DNA from: Eledone cirrhosa | Taxonomy: Eukaryota | DNA: 64,000 bases | Reading direction: 5' to 3' | Assembly (NCBI GenBank): GCA_964016885.1 | Contig: OZ024740.1 | Coordinates: 41,478,001-41,542,000, forward strand | In this document: in pieces, positions 11,989 through 22,093 of the stretch | How positions within the stretch are numbered: position 1 is the first letter of the stretch | Layout: the number at the start of each line of letters is the position of its first letter | Translations under genes and position numbers: made by a program | Notes under the pieces: model-generated | The model's database searches: none | What the model saw: the letters and a program-made list of their open reading frames with translations, nothing else | What the model was told of the DNA's origin: nothing

Positions 11989-12412
11989 TACCCATCTTCC
12001 GGCTTCTCTGGAGAATTGTAAAAGCACATATCGTTATATGCTTTTTCTATGAAAATTAGTAGTGGGTAGACTAATTTGCATAGAACGTGAGTCATTGTAC
12101 GCACCGGTTCAGCGGAAACGATAAAAACAAATAACGAAACGAAATTAAATTTCGTTTCGCTTCTAACTCACTTTTGTATGACAGACGCTTAAACAATTAA
12201 GTTAAAGTGTACATCTACATATGTATACGGAAGTATTAGTATGCATATAAATACACACATGTATCCATATGTACATGTACTGAGTTTTTCACTAGACACT
12301 TTACAGTGAGTGTCAGCTAGTCTGTATGTAACCACACAGACGGACCGGGTTTTAGAGTCATACGAGTTTTCAAGGAAACACATTTCCTCTATTCTCCAGA
12401 GGGCCAGACAGG

Positions 12413-12457
12413 AATATTGGACTAGTTTCGATGTTATTACATCTCATCAGCAATATT
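12413..12457 (-). ncRNA. Minimal type I hammerhead ribozyme (469-bp unit 2)
   Basis: Identical to 11944-11988. Confidence 0.93.
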
Positions 12458-12881
12458 TACCCATCTTCCGGCTTCTCTGGAGAATTGTAAAAGCACATAT
12501 CGTTATATGCTTTTTCTATGAAAATTAGTAGTGGGTAGACTAATTTGCATAGAACGTGAGTCATTGTACGCACCGGTTCAGCGGAAACGATAAAAACAAA
12601 TAACGAAACGAAATTAAATTTCGTTTCGCTTCTAACTCACTTTTGTATGACAGACGCTTAAACAATTAAGTTAAAGTGTACATCTACATATGTATACGGA
12701 AGTATTAGTATGCATATAAATACACACATGTATCCATATGTACATGTACTGAGTTTTTCACTAGACACTTTACAGTGAGTGTCAGCTAGTCTGTATGTAA
12801 CCACACAGACGGACCGGGTTTTAGAGTCATACGAGTTTTCAAGGAAACACATTTCCTCTATTCTTCAGAGGGCCAGGCAGG

Positions 12882-12919
12882 AATATTGGACTAGTTTCGA
12901 TGTTATTACATCTCATCAG
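12882..12919 (-). ncRNA. Hammerhead of unit 3, lacking the 5' strand of stem I
   Basis: The core is intact, but the array stops exactly at the C of CTGATGA (12919), where an inverted segment begins. Confidence 0.75.
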
Positions 12920-12959
12920 TGGTTACATACAGACTAGCTGACACTCACTGTAAAGTGTC

Positions 12960-14123
12960 AACCTAGTCATGGGATACCTGGAAATCACCCTCTACACTAA
13001 AGTACTAAACAAATTTGGAAACACTCTACACTTACACATAGAAAGGAACTGGAAGCGATATCTAGATGACTGCTTCATCCTTTGGCACGAAAACATCGAG
13101 AAACTTAAAGAATTTCACACACTTATAAATGGGCTCAACACGAATGTTAACTTTACGATGGAATACAGCCATCAACAACTCCCCTTCCTCGACATCCTCA
13201 TTAAGATTCATAACAAAAAAATAGAAACAGACATATAATACAAGCCCACAGACTCCAAGCAACATCTTCCTTTCAACTCTTGCCACCCTAGACACGTTAA
13301 AATTAATATTCCCTACAACTTAGCCAAGAGAATCTGTACTATAGTCTCCAATAAAAACACCTGTTACTTACGGCTACAAGAACTAAAGGACACACTCATA
13401 GGCAGGGACTACCCTGCATCACTAATTGACAATGGAATCCAACGTGCCCTAAAACTCAGTACCCAGGACCTTAGACACCCTAAAGTAAATCAACCGAAAC
13501 TAAAAGCTCTTCCATACATCTCCACACACAACCCCCTCAACAATGAGGCCTTTGACACCATCCTCCAGAACATCCATGTGTTAAAAAAGGACCATAGAAT
13601 GAACCAAATCCTACGAACACACGATATCATAAAGAACAAAAGACAATCTAAGTCAATGAAAAACATCCTAACACATGCCAAAGCACTGCCAACCACAACA
13701 ACGAAACCCACAGTAAAAAATATGCGATAGACCCAACTGTGGCATATGCATCAACCTAATAGAGTGTTCGGAATTCTATTTCAAAGAAGGACAGCGTTTT
13801 ATAGTAAAACACAATTTCACATGCGCATCAGAAAATCTAATATATGTATTAACTTGCTCAGGTTGTCGAGAACAATACATAGGCCAGACCAAGAAAACAG
13901 CCTCCGCCAACGCATGACTGTCCATAGATCCCAAATTAAAATACGGGAATACAGGAAAATACCACTGAGTGAACACATTGATACCTGTGCCGCCCAAAAT
14001 CATCCCAACTTCAGAATCTTTCCCCTCTACAAATTTAAAGACAATGCCACCCACACCCAGCGCATCAGCAAGGAATCTCACTTTATTAACAAATACGGAC
14101 CCCGTCTAAACACTTCTCCCTAA
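12960..14123 (+). pseudogene. PLE reverse transcriptase (C-terminal half) + GIY-YIG endonuclease, with stop and frameshifts
   Basis: NLVMGYLE...WKRYLDDCF...LPFLDI...YKPTDSKQHLPFNSCHP; linker RPNCGIC; NLIYVLTCSGCREQYIGQT; RQRMTVHRSQI...EHI...ESHFINKYGPRLNTSP*. Confidence 0.92.
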
Positions 14124-14594
14124 GACGAACCCACAACATACACACGTCAACATACATACCTACATCAGCATAAATCCTACATACATCTCTATCCACATAT
14201 AAACACAATGACATACGTAAACACACATGTTCTATGGTGCAACACAAATATACACAAATTTGCATACCTTTTGATGTCTATAGATATAAACGTGCCGACA
14301 CACACACATACATATACGCACACATGCATTGCACACTGATGGGCACATACATATTTGTACACAAGTATTCCAATACGGCAAGGCCTAATGGATTCCCCTT
14401 GCAGTACGTACAATCTGGACACTCACACACACCTTGGTCTTATGCCAATACTATATATCATTTCACACTTTTTATTATTAAAGTTTTAGATGTTCTATTG
14501 AGAGAATCGTTTTTACTGAAAATATCGAATAATGTACACCATTTTACCAGTATCACAAAAATACTGGTCCACCCCCCCCCACACACACACACAT

Positions 14595-14625
<31 letters not shown>

Positions 14626-14670
14626 TATATACACACACACATACACACGCGTACATTAACATACAAAGAG

Positions 14671-14702
<32 letters not shown>

Positions 14703-14812
14703 TTCTCCGTATAAGACAAGAGCTGAAAAATATCTTTTAACATGTTAAAATATCCCCCACACACGTACAGACACATTCCTACTGACCGATCCCTCTACCA
14801 CGAATTACTCTG

Positions 14813-14814
<2 letters not shown>

Positions 14815-14898
<84 letters not shown>
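14815..14898. repeat. (CA)n microsatellite
   Basis: Direct read. Confidence 0.95.
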
Positions 14899-14899
<1 letters not shown>

Positions 14900-15240
14900 T
14901 GTCTTAATAGGCATTTGAACTGTCAGCAGGCTGCGGTTCGCACACATCCCTGCTGACCCTTATCACAACAACGAACCCCTTTACTACTACTACACACACA
15001 CACACATATTTGTCTTGAAAGACTTATTTTTCAGTGACTTCTCAATCAGCCGAGACAAACCTACATTTGGCGCAAAATCAATTTTTAACATTCACATGAC
15101 CTCTACCGACCAATCAAAATTGTTTTGACCACAAGAATTTTTTCATACATCTGGAGCCACTTTTTTTTACATAAAACACGTAGAATTTCCAAAACTAATC
15201 AGATTAGAGCAAACATCACGGGCGCTCTATCTCAAAATTA

Positions 15241-15276
15241 TTTTTGAAAAGCATTAGAAATGCGCAACCGGTAAAA
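15241..15276 (+). ncRNA. Decayed minimal hammerhead, probably the pLTR ribozyme of the upstream PLE
   Basis: ttt-TTGAAAA-gcatt-aga-aatgc-GCAA-ccg-GTA-aaa. Geometry, stem II and palindromic stem III are kept, with three core substitutions. Confidence 0.5.
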
Positions 15277-15384
15277 CTTAAAACCAAAACTGAATACTAA
15301 CCAATACTATTACTAACTTTTTCTTATTCCTAATTAAACTATTTTTCACTGGGAACAATTTGTCAGCATTTTCTTTTCTTTTTA

Positions 15385-15421
<37 letters not shown>

Positions 15422-15469
15422 GTTACAAAATAGTTGAATAACTAGGGTTGTTTTCGCAACACGCTAATC

Positions 15470-15885
15470 AATAAACAAGGACACGTTCTCCGCTTCCAGC
15501 TTAGTCGCTTAACCACAAACCTCGGTACTGCGGCCCGCAATGCAGAGGAAAGGAAGACAAACAAATACCGGGGATTGTCCGGCCGCTTCGAGTCCCCAGG
15601 CGTACTTGCCCCTCGTACTGCCGAGCTCCTCCGCAAGATAGGAACGTCAGCTGCCCGTCTGAGGTGGGGTGGCTGTTGCAGCGGGTGTCGCTGGCCATTG
15701 TCTGCGGGAATGCCTTTGCGGCCTGGTCCGCAGGACGCAGCCCCAATACCGCCAAACCCTCTGCCTAGATCCCATCACCCTCCCCCTTCTCTCCCCATTC
15801 TTCTGTGACGCCTGAGCCCTTGTCTTTCCCTCCCTCTTTCGTTTTCATAACCACAAAAGACACTTGAATTTTTCACAATAAAGAT
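15470..15885 (+). mobile_element. 3' fragment of a CRE-clade (restriction-like endonuclease) non-LTR element
   Basis: Broken translation DTFSASSL...GTAARNAEERKTNKY...ESPGVLAPRTAELLRKIG...WLLQRVSLAIVCGNAF matches the CRE C-terminal pattern; aataaa near 15877. Confidence 0.75.
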
Positions 15886-16024
15886 ATATGATGTAATTAG
15901 AATCAAGCACTCAGCGTCATATCTATCCTTCCAATTCCGATGTGGTAGTCTATAACAGGATACAAGAAGTACAACATTTTATGGCAGAAAAATTACAGGA
16001 AATAAAGGGTCAGCACGTAATAAT

Positions 16025-16156
16025 GGATTCTGATTTAGGCAAAAGTCCAACAATTTTAGGGGAGGGGAAATTCAATTTAAATCAACCCCGGTGCTTTAAT
16101 TCATCGATCCCGTAAGGATGAAAGGCAAAGCTAACCTCGGCAGAATTTGAACTCAG
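16025..16156 (-). mobile_element. tRNA-derived SINE fragment
   Basis: Homologous to the copies at 16163, 25296 and 25649 (aaggatgaaaggcaaag...cctcggcagaatttgaactcag). Confidence 0.75.
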
Positions 16157-16162
16157 TTCGAA

Positions 16163-16356
16163 ATAATTGTTTCTACTTTTGGCACAAGGCCAGCAATTAT
16201 CCCAGTTCATTACTGGTCCTTTGTTTTATCGATCCTGTAAGGATGAAAGGTAAAGGTAAAGTTAACCTCGGTGGGATTTGAACTCAGACCGTAAAGGGAC
16301 GTAACTCTATGCTACAAAGCATGGCGTCCGATCCTCTACCGATACTGCCAATCCAC
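16163..16356 (-). mobile_element. tRNA-derived SINE
   Basis: B-box-like GAGTTCAAATCCC on the minus strand; closely matches 25649-25840. Confidence 0.85.
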
Positions 16357-16604
16357 ATAGCCGTTAGTTTGATATAGTGATATGTGAAAATTTGTCATAA
16401 GATAAATTATAGTAAGCTTCCAGTAATCTAGATTATTAGGACTTAGTCAATTTGGATGAATGGCTCAATTATGAGAGGGAATTCTTAGGTGCTTTGACAT
16501 TTAGATATTAAATCAATATACAGTAGGGAGAAAACGTTGAAATTAGTATCGGAAAATAAAGAGGATAAAATATGTATTTGTGCTAATCGCAGGCACGTAC
16601 AAAG

Positions 16605-16795
16605 CTGTCAATAGGCTCCGGCCAGATGTTAAATATAAGTCTCATTTCATCTGGTAATAGGCTCAGGTCAGATGTGAAATATATGCTCCATCTCTACTGG
16701 TACAAGACTCAGACCAGAAGTACAATACATGCGCTATTTCAAGTGTGAAATATGAAATGTAAAGCCAGATGTGAAATGTAAACCCATTTCAATGT
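16605..16795. repeat. Degenerate ~46-bp minisatellite (3-4 units)
   Basis: ctg(t/g)..aataggctc.gg.cagatgt.aaatata...catttc recurs at ~16605, 16651 and 16697. Confidence 0.6.
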
Positions 16796-16954
16796 GTTCA
16801 TTAAGTATTTTTATAATCAGTGCTAAATATTTATGTATTGGTTACGGGTATATACATGTGTATATAGTGTAAATTATGTACTTACAAGTAACAGCAGAAA
16901 GAAGAGTGGATTTATGAAAAAGTTAACCCGTTGTCTTTCATTTACTTTTTAAAA

Positions 16955-17062
16955 GAGGAGAAGAAAGAGGTGAAGGAGGAGGTAGAGGAGGAGGAGAGGA
17001 AGAGGAAGAATAAGAGGAGGAGGAGGAGGAGGAGGAGGAGAAAAAGGATGATGATGATGAGG
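16955..17062. repeat. (GAG)n/(GAT)n purine-rich simple repeat
   Basis: Direct read. Confidence 0.85.
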
Positions 17063-17092
17063 AAACTTGTAGGTCTATGCCAACTGGCTTAA

Positions 17093-17299
17093 CCCTTTAG
17101 CATTTACATTACTCGATATTTACTATTGTATTTTCTCCGGTAAAGGCATTATTTCACATAATATCGAATCTATGATTTTGATGTTATTTATTTTGAGAAG
17201 AATACCTTAACGTCAGTATGAGTGGCCAGTTACAGTCGGTTTGAACAGAAAGAAGTGAGAGAATTCTGGCCGGATATGGCCGGTTTAGATGCTAAAGGG
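17093..17299. mobile_element. TTAA-targeting MITE (piggyBac-type ends)
   Basis: TTAA (17089-92) CCCTTTAGCAT...ATGCTAAAGGG TTAA (17300-03): 11-bp perfect TIRs and a TTAA duplication. Confidence 0.88.
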
Positions 17300-17412
17300 T
17301 TAACAAGCCACTCTGCTCGAGCTAGGTACCTCTATCCTAATATACCAATCTGTGTTTCTAAAACCACATTAATATTATTGTCAGTGTATTTATTGAATAT
17401 TGTCAACAGTGA

Positions 17413-17916
17413 TATATTAATCCTTCTAACACTGATCAACCGCTTAGGTTAAACTACCCTACTCTCACTAACTGCAGAAGTAACTGCAACTGCCGTTACC
17501 CTAATGCATGCCCACTAAATGGACACTGCCTGACACCCAACATAGTCTATAGGTGCACGGTTAAAACTGCTTCGAATACCAGATCCTATATCGGGTCTAC
17601 CTCTAACCCTTTTAAGGTACGCTATAACGCGCACTCTTTTTCCTTCCGAGACCCTAACAACAGATGTTCGACATCTCTAGCTAGGCTCATTAAAAACCTT
17701 AAATTAACCAACATTGAACACTCACTAACATGGGATATCTTAGCTAGGGCCCAACCGTTCAATGGACGAAGAAAATCTTGTGATCTCTGTATTACCGAAG
17801 CATATTACATAACTCTATCACGACCTCTACCGATTAACGATAGAACGGAGGTAACTATTAGCTGTCAACATCGAAGGGCTAATTCCTTCGCCAACAGAAT
17901 ATTTGACCCAACATAG
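17413..17916 (+). pseudogene. PLE C-terminal GIY-YIG endonuclease (Hydra-group-like); absent from the ORF track
   Basis: Manual translation from 17461: NCNCRYPNACPLNGHCLTPNIVYRCTVK...SYIGSTSNPFKVRYNAH...WDILARA...CDLCITEAYYI...INDRTEVTISCQHRR...FDPT*. Confidence 0.88.
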
Positions 17917-18302
17917 TCATCTAGCCCCATTTTTACTTGTAGCTAATAAGTTAAATAGCTATAACTAACTTAGATAATTATAAGTTACCTTACATTACCC
18001 TTACATTGTCTCTCAATTAAAAAATTAAAAAATTAGCACTTAACTATAAACTACCCACAATTTCTAATCTCTCGAGGAGTTACTTCCCCTGAAACCACCC
18101 TCTAATTAGTAAGGTAAATATGTCCATTGGTGGCCATCTTGTTACCCATAGGCAGATCTCACACAATGCAGCCTCGACAGAAGAATACTGCTCGATTATG
18201 GCAGACAATTGATACACCCAGGACACCATAGTGAAATACCAATATATGGAACATTACATTTATGTAACATTCTTTCCTTATTTTAATTTATATTCCTTTG
18301 AA

Positions 18303-18421
18303 GTTCCGATGAGCCGCTCTATCTTTACCTATGTTAATTATTTTCAACTGAACCAGATCAATAATGATATATAGTCATTTGATCCAGAAATATTATATGG
18401 AGTAGCGACACAATTGTAAAC
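18303..18421 (+). ncRNA. Decayed hammerhead with very long stem II, 3' of the 17413 PLE ORF
   Basis: gtt-CCGATGA-gccgctctat...atggagtagc-GACA-caatt-GTA-aac; two core substitutions; palindromic stem III (ACAATTGT); ~130 bp before (TA)n. Confidence 0.6.
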
Positions 18422-18546
18422 GGACATTATTATTATTAATATTATTATTATTACTCTCTACATTCCTTACATCAAACTAAAATATGTTGACAATCTTTTA
18501 ATAATGTCTTCCTTGTGAAATCTGTGGTCTTGTTTTGCTTAACTAA

Positions 18547-18597
<51 letters not shown>

Positions 18598-18600
<3 letters not shown>

Positions 18601-19800
18601 AAAGAAACCAAAGAACGCTTACATACTCAAACAGTTTTTATTTGCTTACAATGTTTCATTCATACCGTTGGGTAGGATTCATCAGAGCTTAATAAACACA
18701 GTGCTGAGTATAAGCTCTACCAAGCTTAGTCACAGGAACAATCGGAATACAATAGAGGGTAAAGATAGGGAGATCGGAGATGACGAATAAGGAGAGAGTA
18801 CATGCTGGGGTTGTTAAGCACCACAGCTAAATGCTAGGGCACAAGCAGATCTCACAAGATGCAGATACAATTGATGGCACACAAAAGCAAAAAATACAAA
18901 CAATGGTTAAAACATAATTAAAAGTAAAAGGAAGATAATATGAAGAGGTAACAAGTAGATAAAAAGGTAAAAAAGTTTAAAAAAAATTTTAAAAGGAAAG
19001 AAGTGAAAAAAAAGAAGAAAAAAGAAAAAAAGAAAGTTTTAAGCACATAAAAAAGCCAGATGAATTTAAGCGCTGGTCCCTATAAAACAAGTGAATAGGA
19101 TCTCCGTAACTTATAGTTATATAAGCACTAATATGCTCTTAAGGTACACCCCAAAAGACCACAGTAATTAAAATCCTCGCCATGGTATACATATACAAGG
19201 TATACTGGTAGGTACTTGAATTACGTAGCTCATGGGTGTTCCACAAGCATATAGACAGGCAACACATAAATGCAAGCCAGACACAAGCGAAGTGGGGTTA
19301 TTACAGGATAGAGCTGAATATAACAAGTATATAGACAGGCACCATAAATAAAGCAAGCTATACACAAGAAAAGCGGGGTTACTATAAGATAGAGCTGCAG
19401 CAAAAGCCCAACAATATTATTTCAGTTACTGTAAAACCAACTTGCAAAGAGTTACTACACATGTATATTAACCGTATAGGCTAGACCAATCGGTTACATA
19501 TGTCCCGATGGTCTAGGGGTTATATAGAAATAGGATTGTCATTAGATAACCAATCAGTCTAAATTATACAACATATGTAGATCGTTCAAAAGTAAAAAAT
19601 AGTTGGATTTATACTATCACTCAAATATAACATCACATCTAGTAACAAGAATTACATGCTGGATATATACATCCAAATTGTCAGGTGCGTCGTACGATAG
19701 ACCATTAAAACCCGGTTACCTAGTGATATGTTAATAAGCCCGATAACTTCACTATTTCTATTATGGGGGAGTGTTCAAACGGGTTGGGTTCAATCAGAAA

Positions 19801-19801
<1 letters not shown>
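18598..19801 (-). mobile_element. Probable non-coding 3' part (pLTR) of a PLE inserted in (TA)n
   Basis: Bounded by (TA)n at 18550-18597 and 19802-19832, with an HHR ~40 nt from its 3' end; no recognisable ORF. Confidence 0.5.
18637..18696 (-). ncRNA. Minimal type I hammerhead ribozyme
   Basis: Minus strand reads tttattaagct-CTGATGA-atcctacc-caac-ggtatgaat-GAAA-catt-GTA-agcaaataaa. The core is intact; stems I and II are imperfect. Confidence 0.75.
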
Positions 19802-19836
<35 letters not shown>

Positions 19837-20325
19837 TTCGGATTACAGAAACCTAGCGGAGATATTATGGATTACATGTGATGTATGTTATATGGTATAT
19901 ATTATATGTATTATGTGTTATGTATGATGTCGACGTGCGGTCCAGGTTAGTCAAATTTTTCCTGAGTTCAGTCTTTTTCGTGGCTATGGTCACTGCGGCC
20001 CTTCTATCGGTCACTGTCTTCATTTTGCAAAGCTGTCTAAAAGTAATGTTATAACTCTAGGGTTATATACCCTATCCGAGTGCTTAGCTGCACACCGAAA
20101 CTGCATTCGTTAGCTTGGCTGCAACCATGGCTTCGTTGATGCTGTACTAAATTTTGTATGTATATATATATATAGAAATATTAAAACGATGAAATTAAAC
20201 ACAAAACTGTTAATTCATAGTAAAACTCATTATTTTACGATCGTTTCTGGGGGGTAGTTCCCTGTATGTTCAGTCAATTATTGATCTATGTAAAACATAT
20301 TACAAAATATCATAGTAAGAAAAAG

Positions 20326-20397
20326 ATACATACGTCTTCACTACCCGCCGTCTTCAGAAATATTTCTGAAGACGGCGGGTAGTGAAGACGTATGTAT
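20326..20397. repeat. Perfect 72-bp palindrome without spacer
   Basis: atacatacgtcttcactacccgccgtcttcagaaat|atttctgaagacggcgggtagtgaagacgtatgtat. Confidence 0.95.
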
Positions 20398-20649
20398 ATA
20401 TGAATATCAAACATAAATTACAAAATAAGGAATTAATGTATAATATTGAGGATTAAATAGTTTGTAAGGCTAAATATAGTTAATGTTTTAATCGGCCGAT
20501 AACTGAACGAAATGAGAGGTTAATGGGAATAATGATTAATGAGCAAGTGTTACTGTGGAGGTGAGATGAGATATATGGCAATATCTTTATAGGAAGATTG
20601 TATTGAAATGATATATTTATACAGAAATAAAGATGGGATCACCATACTC

Positions 20650-21302
20650 TTCCTCCTCCTCACCATCCCCATCATCATTATCATCATCATTATCATCATC
20701 ACGATCATCATTACCACCACCACCACCACCACCACTACCACCACCACCAGCACAACCATCATCACCACCACCACCACCACCACCACCACCACCACAACTA
20801 CCACCACAATACCACCACCACCACCACAACTACCACCATAATACCACCACCACCACCACCACCACCACCACCACAACTACCACCATAATACCACCACCAC
20901 CACCACAACTACCACCATAATACCACCACCACCACCACCACCACCACAACTACCACCACAATACCACCACCACCACCGCCACCACCACCATCCATACCAC
21001 CACCACCACAACCACAACCACCACCATCCACTAACATCACCACACCACCGCTATCACCACCATCACCACCACCACCATCATCATCACCACCACCACCACC
21101 ACCACCACCACCACCATACCACCACCACCATCCATACCACCACCAAACCACAACCACCACAACCACCACAACCACCACCATCCACTAACATCATCACCAC
21201 CACCATCACCACCACCACCACCACCATCACCACCGCCATCACCACCACCAACACCACCACCACCACCACCACCGCCATCACCACCACCATCATCACCACC
21301 AC
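20650..21302. repeat. (CCA)n/(ATC)n imperfect trinucleotide tract
   Basis: Direct read. Confidence 0.95.
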
Positions 21303-22093
21303 AAATTTTACAATTTGGTTTTGTAGATCTAGTAAGTTCTTTAACTTCGGTGGGCAGATTTTTCAAAAGATTCCTGGTTAACTTTTCTAGAGAACTTTCT
21401 CGCATTCGTCGGAGGCGATTCTCAAACTGAGCTCAGGTTGTGTTGTGTGACTCTCTCTATATAAGAGAGATTTGGTTGCGTCTGGGGGAGGGGTGGGGCT
21501 TGTTAATGAGTATAGGAGTGAAGGAGTGTTGATGAAGATTTAAAGGAATTAAAGCATATATATGCACACAAGAGGTGAAAGAAAATAGTGAATGGTAAAA
21601 GCAAGATAATTGATTGAGAATGGAGTTGGGAGGTGTTGGGGTCTTTAAGGAGTGTTTTAAAAAGGGATTGTGAAAGTGCCCTCTTTAAAAAGGGCTTGTG
21701 AAAGACCTGTTGTATTGTAATTATACTTCATTTAGCTCTCATTAAATATTAACCTCATAATATTCAACATTGCATCTCTTCGCTGCAGCTATAGGCATCT
21801 AATATATTATATCATAATTCTTTCTTTTCTATTCTAAGATTGAAACTAATAAGACTGGCATCTTTTGGGATCTGCGTTTGTCTTGTTATTTCTTGAACTA
21901 TATATATGTATATATATATAAATAAATTAATATATATATATATATGTATATATATTAATTAATTTATATATATAAGTGAGCTATAGGGAAACAAAAGAAA
22001 CATAGAACAACTTGTGTATGTGTGTGTATATACATATATATATTATGTATTTATTTATTTAAATATATATACTCGTATGTATAGTATGTTGTA

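Larger units (their letters stand above)
11653..12919 (-). mobile_element. Tandem array of a 469-bp hammerhead-containing unit (~2.7 copies), non-LTR retrozyme-like
   Basis: Units start at 11653, 12122 and 12591 (period 469) and differ at very few positions. There is one HHR per unit and no credible ORF. Confidence 0.85.
12960..15388 (+). mobile_element. 5'-truncated Penelope-like retroelement (Neptune-like) with long CA-rich 3' region
   Basis: RT-GIY-YIG remnant at 12960-14123, decayed HHR at 15241-15276, terminating at (TA)n 15389. The 3' boundary is inferred. Confidence 0.8.

Noticed and set aside
11720-12852. Repeated 64-72 aa ORFs in the 469-bp unit
   Set aside because: Short, with non-ATG starts and no recognisable motif; the RNA structure explains the unit better.
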